From Octopus sinensis (taxonomy: Eukaryota), in contig NW_021835119.1 in assembly GCF_006345805.1 (NCBI RefSeq), positions 1 to 51,265 of the forward strand: DNA of 51,265 nt, in the 5' to 3' direction. The translations under genes were made by a program, and so were the position numbers. Below the pieces are notes generated by a model. It did not search any database. It was given only the letters and a program-made list of their open reading frames with translations, and was not told the origin of the DNA. Position 1 is the stretch's first letter. Every line of letters begins with the position of its first letter. Of this stretch, positions 1 through 12,469 are shown in pieces.

Positions 1-21
1 GCCCCCCCCCCACACACATAT

Positions 22-463
22 ATTTATATATACATATGTATCCTATATATATCTATACATATATACTATACTGTTTTTAAATGATTCGCTTTGAAGTTTT
101 GCATTCGGTACAATTTTTTTTGTTTTAGTAGTTTTGACTGCAAAAGTCCCTCCTAGCGTGCGGTACCTATGAATATAGTACCCCTCTATATAATATAAAT
201 AAGTATTTTCAAGTTGAAAAAATTACAGATTTTTTCTCTTACGAGGTTTTTCACGCTAACTACTGATAATTTCTTATAAAGATTTTATCCTTATTTTTAA
301 ATTTATATGCATATACATATATATATATATATATACATACATACATATGTATGCCTATATATACATACATTATTATATAGATATATATATATGGATACAC
401 ACACAACACATATATAATATCTAATACACACATATATATATATAATATATATTATATATATAT

Positions 464-497
<34 letters not shown>

Positions 498-580
498 ACA
501 ATACATATGTATGCCTATATATACATGTATGCATATAGATATATATATATATACATACACACACATATATATATACATAT

Positions 581-611
<31 letters not shown>

Positions 612-735
612 TAATATATACATATGTATGCCTATATATATACATATATGCATACATACATACACACAGTGTGTGTGTTTGTGTGTGTGCGTGTGTGCGT
701 GTATGCGTGTGTGCGTGTGTGTGCGCGAGCGTGTA
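22..735. repeat. Compound (TA)n/(CA)n/(TG)n microsatellite block
   Basis: Alternating dinucleotide runs seen directly; the overlapping ORFs are YI/HT/CV repeats. Confidence 0.95.
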
Positions 736-1280
736 TCGTCTCCACTAACGTTGTTACCATCACGTGAACTATTCACATCACTATCCTCTCCAGTTTTCGC
801 TGCCACCAACCATTACCCTACCCCTCCCCCATCACCTACAGAGAAAGACACCACCACCACCACCATCATCATCATCACTACTATCATTGATTTAATAAGA
901 CCACCAACATCAGCAAATCAACAACTTAAAGATTGATGTTGGCTTAAGCAACAAGAACAGAAGTTTTGTCACGTGACCTATTATAATTACAGACATTAAA
1001 CTATCAGTTTGTAATGAGCTACACAATTAAGTTCTCTTCTTTATCATTTACTTTGAAGAAGGTGTGGCAGCAGTAGAGCCTGTGGCCTTCTACGAGGTGG
1101 TGGGCAATTATAATTTTGATAACTTTCCAGGAACAACAACAAAAGAGTTGTTTTGGTGCTTATCACTAACAATTTTAATCAGTAAATATGGCCGCTTTGA
1201 TCCGTTGGCTTCACTAATAATATTTTCATCTGATTCAATCGCTAGACACTGGCCATACTGAGGCACGGCAAAATACGTAT

Positions 1281-1352
1281 TGGCGGCGCCCGCAGAGGGA
1301 CTTGAACACCTGACTCTCAGTTTAGAAACATTATACTTTACTGACTAAATGC
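1281..1352 (-). pseudogene. Degenerate tRNA-Lys(TTT)-like sequence (tRNA pseudogene or SINE head)
   Basis: Reverse complement ...ctaaactgagagtcaggtgttcaagtccctctgcgggcgccgcca resembles the 3' half of eukaryotic tRNA-Lys (CTGAGGGTCCAGGGTTCAAGTCCCTGTTCGGGCG), including the B-box GTTCAAGTC. The 5' half is eroded. Confidence 0.5.
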
Positions 1353-1561
1353 ATTTAAATCGATACGGATTTTCTAAGGATGGGATTTCTAAGAGATATG
1401 GTTCTTCTGAGATGTTATGTGGATGTTTCTGACATCTTTTTTGTCATACCAAGGGTATCTACAATAACGAGAAGTATTTTTGCTTTAATATGCCACATCT
1501 TTTCTATTTCAATTTCCAGTTACGTATATTTACTAAGCTAGTTAAATTAATTTATTATAAT

Positions 1562-1595
1562 TACTAGCCGGACTCGGGAATATTTCACGGAGTTA
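1562..1595 (-). mobile_element. Possible Helitron-type 3' terminus (hairpin + CTAG)
   Basis: Reverse complement ctccgtgaaatattcccgagtccggCTAG|t is an imperfect hairpin followed by CTAG-T. The other end was not identified. Confidence 0.3.
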
Positions 1596-2034
1596 ATGGT
1601 AAAATTATTGGGTTATTTCTGATAACTTTATCCAAAAAACCAGAAAGCGTAGCCTCAGTTGTGAGTGTATCAAAAGATATTCGTTCATCTGCTAATCATT
1701 GAAAAGGGGAGGAAATTAGACGACGGTGATTACTTATTGTATTTTATTTTCCACGTTATATTCTTATATGCACAATTTCATAGACTTAATACACAGCACC
1801 CTTCCTCTTTCCTTCTCAGTTTTCGCCTTACCCTCTTTTTCTCTCTCCTTTTTCTTTCTCTCTTCACCTTTCCCTGCAACTAAATACGTGAAAGCGTTAC
1901 AGACGGGCTAAGTAACGGAGGGAAATAGTTAAAAAACATTACACATTTCACTAACCACCACCTCTCCATTCCCTCTCCATCTTTCCAACCCTCCCTTCCA
2001 TCGTCCCCCCTCTCAACATCTCACCATCTCCCCC

Positions 2035-2700
2035 AATTCGGGCAATTTCAAATTTTAAGGGATAGTATTTTTCTTTTTGCCTTCTTTGTTTACGATCGTA
2101 GAATCAAACGGACATAACAGATCTATTAACAAACAGCTTCGCTTTTCTTTGTCCATTATTGCTATATATCTGATCTATTTTTTCTAGATTCTTGTCCGTT
2201 TGAATTAGAAAGTCCCACATAATCTTACAATTCTCCGACTCCAGCACTCTTTTGACCCGATCATTATGTCTCCAGCTTAAAAATCCCCATTTCTGGCAGA
2301 GCTTTCAGTGTAAAACTTCTAAATTTTGGTCATGCCTACATTTCTTATATTCTTGCTGTGCCAACTTGGGTCATTCTGCAACAATGTGTGCCGCTGTCTC
2401 GTCCCAAGTTCCATAGACTCTAAATTTTCTGATACATTCTCCCCACATGCACTTTTCCTCAAGTTGTTTGTTTTTAATGTTTGATCCTAGGCTGCTACAA
2501 TTAGGCCCTCTGTTTCTTTTTTAAATTGCCTTCTTTTTTTTTTACCAGGCCCAGTGGCTCTCTATATTTGACCATGCAGAAGCTTCTCATCAATCTGTCT
2601 AACGTGCTCTCTTTGAATTTTATTCTTATCTTTTTCTTCTAATCCACACTCTATCACCTGTTCCTTATTCCGCACCTTAAGAAGTTTCTTCATGCTGTTC
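2035..2700 (-). mobile_element. R4/Dong-clade-like non-LTR retrotransposon, decayed C-terminal zinc knuckle + restriction-like endonuclease region
   Basis: Minus-strand translation across stops/frameshifts: LHGQ..., KETEGLIVAA*DQTLKTN, RVYGTWDETAAHIVAE*PKLAQQEYKKCRHD, KIMWDFLIQTDKNLEKNRSDIAIMDKEKRSCLLIDLLCPFD. These match the ETEG..AAQDQ, CCHC, RHD and PD-(D/E)xK motifs of RLE LINEs. Confidence 0.8.
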
Positions 2701-2712
2701 TATGAATATTTT

Positions 2713-2713
<1 letters not shown>

Positions 2714-2787
<74 letters not shown>

Positions 2788-2844
2788 GTCATCATCATCA
2801 TCATCGTTATCATCATCATCATCATCATCATCATTATCATCATC
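2714..2844. repeat. (TCA)n trinucleotide microsatellite
   Basis: Direct observation; source of the poly-Ser ORF. Confidence 0.97.
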
Positions 2845-3289
2845 AAGAATGCTAGCTAGTAATCATATCTATAGTTACTATATTTGAAGTTTGAATACTT
2901 TCTAATGTTAAAAAAATGGAAGTATTTTTCTAAAGAAACCAAAGGAAAAGTCAATATTTGTTAAAAGATGTAAAAATAAATATAACAAGAAATAAAAAGT
3001 TAATATCAGATATATAATAACTATAATGTATAACAGTGTAACTACCATGTCTTTGAGTTCTGGAAGTATTTAAGCATTGCCAAAAACAGAATGAAAAGTT
3101 GTTGGTGAAACGTTGAACAAAAATAGGAAATTAACGGGTGGTATTATCATTTCGAAATATCTGGCTATATTTTGTGCGTTGGCGAAATAAATTAACGGAT
3201 AAGAGTGGTGGTTATTGGTAATGATAGTTTAGCCAAAGAAGTTACGTGCGAGACGTTAGTTTTGTTTTTTTTCTCTCTGCGTATGGGTA

Positions 3290-3326
3290 TGTTTATGTGC
3301 GTGTGTTTGTGTGTATGTGTCTTTGT

Positions 3327-3369
<43 letters not shown>

Positions 3370-3725
3370 CGTGTGTGTGTGCGTGTGTGTGTATGTATCT
3401 TATTTTCATATCTAGGAACAGAGGGAAAATTTGGTATATCTTTTATATACCATTAAGTGTAATATATATACATTCTATATCCTTGTTGGTAGTATACAAA
3501 TGTGTCTATAAGTGTTTGTGTGTGGTTATATTATATATATATATATATATATACATACATATATATGTGCATGCGTACGTATATGTATATATATATATAT
3601 AGTCACATAGACTCATACACACACATATATACATACTTATACATATGTTGTATATTCATATATATATATTCAAATATATTTATATGTATGTATATATATA
3701 TATATGTTCATTAATGTAAATATGA

Positions 3726-3768
<43 letters not shown>

Positions 3769-4275
3769 CATATGTGTGTGTGTGTTTGTATATATGCGTG
3801 TGTATGAGTCTTTGTGACTTTATGTGTGTGTGTGTGTGCACATATACTTTTATATATTCACAAGTGTGGCTGTATTTCATAATGGGCAATAAAAGTGTGC
3901 GTGTGAGCATGGATGTATGTATGTTTAAGACGTCGATATTGTGTCCTTCAACATCACAAAAACGCAGACAAATACTAAGGAAACAATCTTATACCTTAAG
4001 TTATAATTGAATATATACTTATTTAATGTATACGCTCAAGCATATTTACATACATATATGTACATATATATGTACACATATATTCAACTACGCACGCGCA
4101 TATTTATGTGTGACTGTGCATACACAGACACACACACACACACACATATATATATGAAACATATATATATATATAAATATATATATATATGTATGTATGT
4201 TTGTATTTATGTTTGTATTTATGTGTATATGTGTGTATGTATTTATATATGCATATATACATACATGCATACATC
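3290..4275. repeat. Interrupted (TG)n/(TA)n/(CA)n low-complexity tract
   Basis: Direct observation. Confidence 0.9.
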
Positions 4276-4949
4276 CATATATGACGAAAGGAATAAAATT
4301 CTTCTTTATCTGCGCAAAACACAAAATAATATTCTATTTTGCTAGACTTATTAACCATTCATTAAAGCCGTCCATTTTGTCGTCCAATGCTATACTTTAA
4401 GAAATAAGTCAGAAGCCACCATGTAAACCTGTAATTCTAAAAATGGTATTTCTTCCAAAATATAGTGCCGCATTTCGTATTTTTTTTACAGTCGAACTGT
4501 CTCTTCACTGAGGTGAATGAATCTGTACAGGAGTGTTCGTAAAAGAGGCCCATCAAGTTCGGTAATAGTGGGAAATTGAATAAACTAACGTTTCAGACTT
4601 CTATCTTTCATCATATGAGTGAGCGTGATCTCGATCGGTTATCTTGATACAGTTTTCCACGCTTATTCCTATGAAGCCATGAACTTCTGGAGAAAAATTT
4701 GACACACAATTTTTTTAATTCGTGGTTTTAAAATACGGACCGAAGGAATCTACCATTCGTTTCTCCTTATAAGTTCCAAATAATTTTTAAATACGTCAAA
4801 ATCGAAATTGCGTAAATGTGTGTACTAGAAACAGTAGTTAAAAAACTTAAGGAAATAGATTTTTAGGGAATCTCTTATAACTGACTTTTATTCCATTATA
4901 CTAATATCTTCTAATATCTTCTGTATAAATGCATACAGAAACATACAAA

Positions 4950-5374
4950 TATATACATACACACACACATATATATATTTCTGGAGAGAGCTTTATATGC
5001 GTCCTTGTATATATTTATATATATATATATATATGTGTGTGTGGTGTGTGTGGTGTGTGTGTGTGTGTGGTGTGTGTGTGTTTCTATTTATTATATATAT
5101 AATATATATGATATATATATAAATTTATATATAAATATATATATACATTTATATATATATACATTTATATATGTATATATATATATGTATATTATATAAA
5201 TTTAGTATATATATTTATATATTTATTTATATATAAAGTATATATATATATTATATGTATATATTATATATGTATGTATATATATATTATATATATATAT
5301 TTATATATATATATATAATATATTTATATGTATAGATTTATATACATTTATATATCTATTTATATTTATATTTA

Positions 5375-5406
<32 letters not shown>

Positions 5407-5432
5407 TTTAGTATAATTATGTACATATACGT
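4950..5432. repeat. (TA)n/(TG)n low-complexity tract
   Basis: Direct observation. Confidence 0.92.
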
Positions 5433-5683
5433 GGGTGTATACGTATTGTCTTGATTATATCTTTATACACGGTCATACACACATAAAAACTGGCACGCCG
5501 TCGGTTACGACAATCACTAGTATCCACTATTTTCATAATTTCAAGGTCACTTTAAGAAAACATCATTTGTCAACTCGGACAAGGAACAACGATTGGGTGG
5601 CTGCAGTGGCTGCACTTGCTGACCCGAGGTGGAGCCTGCTGTAAATAAGATCAAACAAAAGAAGTATACAACCCATCCTGATA

Positions 5684-5906
5684 TCTGTTTCTTTATTACC
5701 CACAAGGGGCTAAACATAGAGGGGACAGACAAACGGATTAAGTCGATTACATCGAGCCCAGTGCGTAACTGGTACTTGATTTATCGACACCGAAAGGATG
5801 AAAGGCAAAGTCGACCTCGGCGGAATTTGAACTCGGAACGTAACGGCAGACGAAATACGGCTACGCATTTCGCCCGGCGTTCTAACGTTTCTGCCAGCTC
5901 ACCGCC
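5684..5906 (-). mobile_element. tRNA-derived SINE, family A (full length)
   Basis: Reverse complement of the ggcgagctggcagaaacgttag...gagttc.aattccgccgaggtcgac...ccccttgtgggtaataaagaaa unit, which recurs many times in this window; B-box-like GTTC.AATTCC. Confidence 0.9.
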
Positions 5907-6306
5907 AGATATCTGCAGACTCAAATAGCAAAATAAGTCCAACATCACCACACACACACCTCCATCTCCTTATAACTACCATTCCTTCCTTCCTTCCTTT
6001 CTTTCCATCATCTTCCACCCCTACCCGTCAAATACACACAGAAGCGGCCACATCCCAAGTCAATCTTCTCCTTGGTCAAAATTGGTAAACAAGCCTTTAG
6101 TTAAACATCCATTAATGTTATTTCGCCCCGCAGAAATGAATGTATATAACATGAACTAACCGATGTCCATCGATACTACGGACTGTAGTCCTCCAAGGAA
6201 TGTGGACTATGATCTTTAGAAACATGTAATTTGTTGAAATGCGCGTAGCGATGAATCAAAATGTTTATAAATTCCATCCAATCATTATTATTGTTATCAC
6301 TCTCTT

Positions 6307-6307
<1 letters not shown>

Positions 6308-6341
<34 letters not shown>

Positions 6342-6670
6342 GTCTCTGTCTCTGCCGCTGTATATATATATATATGTATAGATATATATGTATATACATA
6401 TATATATATTATATATATATATATATAAATATATATATATACACATATACATATATATATATACATTTATATATACATATATATATATTTATATATACGT
6501 GTATGTATGTATATATAAATCTATAAGTACATACAGATTAATAGACGTACATTTATATATCCGTATATGTTTATATATACATTCATATAAATATATATGT
6601 GTGTGCGCGTGTGTGTTACGTATGTATGCATCTAGGTATGTATATACATGTCTAATGCACTTGTATATAT
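6308..6670. repeat. (CT)n/(TA)n low-complexity tract
   Basis: Direct observation. Confidence 0.9.
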
Positions 6671-7100
6671 TAAGATAACACAACCACATGTACGCACATG
6701 CGTAATCGCAGGAAAAGACAACCCAGAAAACACACGCTTCGCTTTAGAACAGAATAAAGCTAGATAGAGATTAAATATCAAATAAAATGAGATATTAAAA
6801 AAACAAATTAATAAATCTAAAATCCCAGATTTAAAATCTGAATGCATTTCTAAAGGAAAATCGAATTTAAAATTTGCAAAATATTTGTTTAGAATTTCGG
6901 AATGGTAAAAATATAAAAAAAAAAAAAAAAAAACAATGTAGAAAGCCAAGATAAATTGTTGGCGATGGTAAATGTGGAGTTTTATTGCCTAGATTCGATG
7001 AGGAACAAGATTCTTACCAGTAACTGTTCGAATAAAAGAGTTGTTGTTCCTCGCAGAATGGATAAGTGAAGGTTAATACTACTAGAAGCTGAACCACCCA

Positions 7101-7121
7101 ATACATACATACATACATACA

Positions 7122-7164
<43 letters not shown>

Positions 7165-7210
7165 CATACATACATACATATATACAAACATACATACATA
7201 CATACATACA

Positions 7211-7261
<51 letters not shown>

Positions 7262-7548
7262 GTGTGTGTGTGTGCATCTATATATATAAATATTTGTAAA
7301 TATGTATATATATATATATGCATAGATACATATATACACACATATTTATATATATATATATTTAACGTGTATATATATATATACATATATACATATATGC
7401 ATATATGCATACATTTTTATATACGTATACACATATATACTTTTATATATATTTGCATATAAATGTATATGCATGTATACATATATATATATATATATAC
7501 ATACATGCGCCCACACATGTATATATATATACATGTATATATACACAC

Positions 7549-7607
<59 letters not shown>

Positions 7608-7648
7608 AACTCGCTTATACATTCAAAAAGAAACAACAGTTAGGCATT

Positions 7649-7680
<32 letters not shown>

Positions 7681-8520
7681 TGTGTGCGTCTGCATCCGAG
7701 AGTATGTATGTGTGTTTGAGTGTGTGTGTGTATGTGTGTGTGTGTGTGGTGTGTGTGTGATGTGTGTGTGCACGCGTGTGAGCGTGGGTGTATGTATGGA
7801 TAGATATAGATATGCATGTATGTATACGTTTATAGATGTATATTAATAGAAAGAATGTATATGCATGCATATGTATACAAATATACATATAGATATATAT
7901 ATATTGACATAGGTATATATACAGTTAGATTGATCGGCAGATTGTGTATATATATATATGTATATATACATACATACACATTGATAGATAGTGAGGAGGA
8001 TAGATATATATATCTATAAAGAGATAGATATATACTTAAACACACACATACATTGACAGATAATGCGTTCAAACCCAGGCGATTTACGAGTTTTGATAGA
8101 CTATAATACATATCAATATAACTGATACATACACACACACATATAAATATGTGTGTGACTGTCGTAATTTGTATGTATGTGTATATGTGTGTGTGTATAA
8201 ATATATATATAGGGAGAGATAGATAGATAAATAGATATGTACGTACATATATATGTATATATATATGTGTGTGTATATGGATACATATACATACATACGC
8301 TTAGACAACTTTATGGTATATGCATATATATATATATATATATACATATATATATAAATTGATATATGTGTGTGTGTATCATATATTGTATATACGTAAT
8401 ACATGTGTGTATATCTGTAGATATATCCATAAAACGCACATACGCACATATATAATATATAAATATAACAATATAGATTATATATATATAATCATATATG
8501 CATATATGTTCATTTATATA

Positions 8521-8599
<79 letters not shown>

Positions 8600-8684
8600 A
8601 TTTATATATATATATACATTATTATATATATATATATACATATGTATATACATATACATATATATATACATATGTATGTGTGTA

Positions 8685-8742
<58 letters not shown>
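7101..8742. repeat. Long compound (TACA)n/(TA)n/(TG)n/(GATA)n microsatellite region
   Basis: Direct observation; short unique spacers intervene. Confidence 0.9.
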
Positions 8743-8744
<2 letters not shown>

Positions 8745-9373
8745 ACTCTAGTTCCCTATTGTGTTATCATTACTCAGTTTTCTGTCTTTGTTGATGTTTT
8801 CCTTCCATACCGAATTGTCATTATCAATATAGGCAATTGCCTATTATCCTACAACATGTAGCCATGTAATAATAGGTTTGGGTTTTTATCTCGTTTTATG
8901 TCAGTGTGTATGTGTGTATATGTTTGTGTGTTTGTCATTCTGTGTCTGTTTATAACAGTGTGGTGTATGTCTGTAACTGTGTATGCCTGTATTCCTTTGT
9001 AATAGTGTGTGCGTTTATGTGTTTGCAACCGCGTTTGTTTGTGTATTTTAACCGCAATAACGTTTTTAATTCAATTTCCAACTCATTGTAATTCCCTTGC
9101 CGTTCATTTCTGTAATATTCTATATTTCATTCATTCTGCACAGCCTTCTTGTAATGACTACGCTTATTACCAAATGTAATCTCCACCTGTCATGTTACAT
9201 CTGACTGAGTAGGGAGTGGATAACAAACCTAACTTTTGATGGTGCTCTGATCATTTTGAATCACTCGAAAGCTTGGACGTTTGTCCTCGAAGCAGCCTGG
9301 GGTGGGGAAAAGTAGCATCTTGCTCGGGGAACTCTGAGCACTCATCAAAATCAGCTGTATCATATGCTTCAAA

Positions 9374-9572
9374 GGCGGTGAGTTGGCAAAATCGTTACCG
9401 AGCCTTTCTGAGCTCAAATGCCGCCAGGGTTAGTTTGTGTTTCATTCCTTCGGGGTCGGTATAATGAGTATCAACCAGCTGAACTCTAGGAGCAATGCAA
9501 TCGATTTACCCACTGCCTCAAAATTGCTGGCCTTGACCCCAAAATTTGGAAAACATTATTACTATTATTATT
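9374..9572 (+). mobile_element. Diverged SINE related to family A, with an alternative 3' tail
   Basis: ggcggtgagttggcaaaatcgtta head and tttcattccttcggggtcgg core resemble family A, but it ends aaattgctggccttgaccccaaaatttggaaaac + (TAT)n. Confidence 0.65.
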
Positions 9573-9625
9573 ATCATTCAGTAGTCTTGTTTTTATCACA
9601 TACTTTCACTTTACTACTCTGTGTG

Positions 9626-9639
9626 CATTAGGTATGATT

Positions 9640-9686
<47 letters not shown>

Positions 9687-9755
9687 TATTATTATATTAT
9701 TATTATTATTATATTATTATTATTATTATTATTATTATCATCATCATCATCATTA
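9626..9755. repeat. Compound (CAT)n/(TAT)n microsatellite
   Basis: Direct observation. Confidence 0.95.
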
Positions 9756-10700
9756 TATGCTTGGCTTTCGCTTTGTATTTGTACAATTTGGCTCCAAGTC
9801 TCATCCAGAAACCTCAAGAGACATGTTAGAAGTCCAATTTGGTTTTATGACTAGAGTGCCATAATTTTGAGTTTTGCACTGAATATTGTTCCAGAGTATG
9901 TCTGTCAAAACATAAGAAAAGTAGAAGTTTGTTTTTAAAAGTAATTCGATTATAAGGTGATAGTGTGGTGCTAAGATGACAGTAAAAGGAGATGTATGAT
10001 ATTATGGACATTTAAAAGTACTTTTAGCAATGTTTACAAATTTAAGTTGTTTTGAGATTACATAGACTATTATTTTTATTAATAGTATATCACATATACT
10101 ATCAATCTTATTATTTGCATCAACTCAGCATTGTTCAACCGGTATTAGATTGTTTGATATCAAACAGGTAAGTTAGCTAATCAGAATTGGAATCGCTGTC
10201 ATTAATTAAACTTCTATGAAGGCGTTGCTCCAGCGTGGCTGCTGTTCCATTGAGTTAAAATGGAATCTACACACCTCTATTCTTACGTTATGTTCCATCA
10301 ACCAACAACGTGACCGATGGTGTTGTACTGGCTCAAACAACAAACACAATTTGTGTTTATTCTTGAGACCCAGTTCACTACTAAATGAAATAGTCTTGAT
10401 ATAACAGAGGAGCCAACGACAAAACGATAAAACAATACTTCAGCTACGCAACATTAAAGCACACACATGGCTGTTTCATGCTCCAATCATTAGTTTTATT
10501 CTAACAAAACAGACAAATATTTGGATTACGCTCGACTGAATCTAATTCTGAATCATAAATGAGCGAATTAACATTACATTTCTGTTGATAATTATATTTT
10601 TATTTCTTCCTTTGTTAAAAACGGTCATAATTGACAAGAATTGCCAGTGAACTAGTGTAAATTTTTTGCAGTTATATTTAGAAATTTCCTTGTTTGGGTT

Positions 10701-10757
<57 letters not shown>

Positions 10758-10781
10758 TTTACATTTTCAGACGCTATTCTA

Positions 10782-11318
10782 TTGGGTTGTCCGGAAAGTT
10801 CGTGCCGATTTATAGTAGCTTACCTTTCGACTTATTTTAGAAGATGGTTCAGTCCGTAAAATAGGACTTGACCACACCTCTATTAAGAGCACAGTTTAAG
10901 CTATCTTTTTGTGGAAGAAGGTTTATGTTCCTATAACCTGTGTTAATTCTGTAACCCTTTAAAATGGAAGATAAGAAAGTTCATTTTCGGCACTTGATGC
11001 TTTGGGAACTAGACAAAAATTGCTGCAGCTCGGCTGGGATGTGTTACTCCACCCTCCATATTCACCAGATATTGCTCCTTCGGATTTCCACTTATTCAGG
11101 TCTCTGCAGAATAGTCTTAATGGTAAAAATTTCAATTCCTTGGATGACGTAAAAAGATACCTTGATGAAACCACCTCAATTCTGGGAAGAGGGTATTTAC
11201 AAGTTAAAGGAAAGACCAACAAAATGGTTCATATTTGGTTGATTAAAATGTAATGGCAAGTATTTATTGACCTTTTTCTTTCCTTTAAAAATCGGCACGA
11301 ACTTTCCGGACAACCCAA
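10782..11318 (+). mobile_element. Non-autonomous mariner (internal-deletion derivative) with TIRs and TA target duplication
   Basis: TIRs ttgggttgtccggaaagttcgtgccgattt / aaatcggcacgaactttccggacaacccaa, TA on both sides (10780-81, 11319-20). Transposase N-terminus MEDKKVHFRHLMLWE is joined to the C-terminal TRQKLLQLGWDVLLHPPYSPDIAPSDFHLFRSLQN motif. Confidence 0.95.
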
Positions 11319-12233
11319 TATGTGAATATCGAAACAATGACATAGTAATATTAAATTGAAAAGACTACTTTAAAGTGAAAGGATATCAATGAAAATCATT
11401 TTACTTGAAAACGCTGTGATTTATGTCCAGTGAAAATTGGCTTAAATCTTGAGCAACCATTGATTTCGTTTAAAAGCCTCATCTGAAATAAATTGTAATC
11501 GATGGTTCAAAAATTTCCAAATGATAAGATCTGAATATTCTTGAATTTATCTTGTAACTACAGATTTTTGAACAAACATGGTACTTGCTTCCCTTCAGAA
11601 CAAAAATGCGATCCAATTTTTCTTAAAATATGGCATGTCATACCATGCCTCATTAAAGGTTCGTTCTAACAAATTATATTTTCTTCTGTTGATGCTTCTA
11701 ATTCTGTCAAATACAAAAATATTGTTGGTGAACAATCATCTAATTAATATTTCAGAAAAATTACAAACACAGGCTTCCTTGAAATTAATGAAGCTTCATC
11801 AATAATATTAATATGTTTTTTTTTTATTTGTTTTCGATAATTTTGCTAAAAATATTTCTTGTTGTTTCAGTAATATGCTCTACAATGGAGGCCGCAAAAT
11901 ATTGCCAATGTAAGCATTTCCCTAAATTGATTGCATTCTTAATTCAGACTTTTCTTTTGTCTTTCATATTTGACACTCGCCTGTTTCTCCGATCACAGTC
12001 TTCTGCATCTGTCAGTCGTCCTCCTCCGTCCTCTCTTTTGAACCACCATCAGCCAACACTACCCAGTGAATGTAAACCTCTGTAGACTCTCAGCAGTTTA
12101 CTTGTTTTTCTATGAATATTCTCAAGATTTTTCTTTTTTCATTTGCTAGTTACTTCATTATCTTTTTAAAATTAATTCTATAAAAGTTGCAATAAAACTT
12201 TTATTTTTATTCATTAAGTATATTTACATCAGT

Positions 12234-12438
12234 GGAGGCCCAATGGCCCAGTGGTTAGGACAGCAGACTCGCGGTTGGAGGATTGCGGTTTCGATTCCCA
12301 GACCGGGCATGTGTGTGTTTATTGAGCGAAAACACCTAAAGCTCCAAGACGCTCTGGCAGGGGGGGGGGCGACTCCTGTTGTACTCTTTCGCCCCAACCT
12401 TCTCTCACTCTCTCTTCCTGTTTCTTGAGTAAAGCTGT
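12234..12438 (+). mobile_element. tRNA-derived SINE, family C (3'-truncated)
   Basis: A-box tggcccagtggttagg, B-box gtttcgattcc, then ttgagcgaaaacacctaaag; a second copy lies at 17920. Confidence 0.85.
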
Positions 12439-12469
12439 ATACACGCAAACAGAAGTAAGACGAATTTGA

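Noticed and set aside
9790-10010. LINE RT-like QFGFM motif
   Set aside because: A single short motif; downstream RT motifs are not recoverable.
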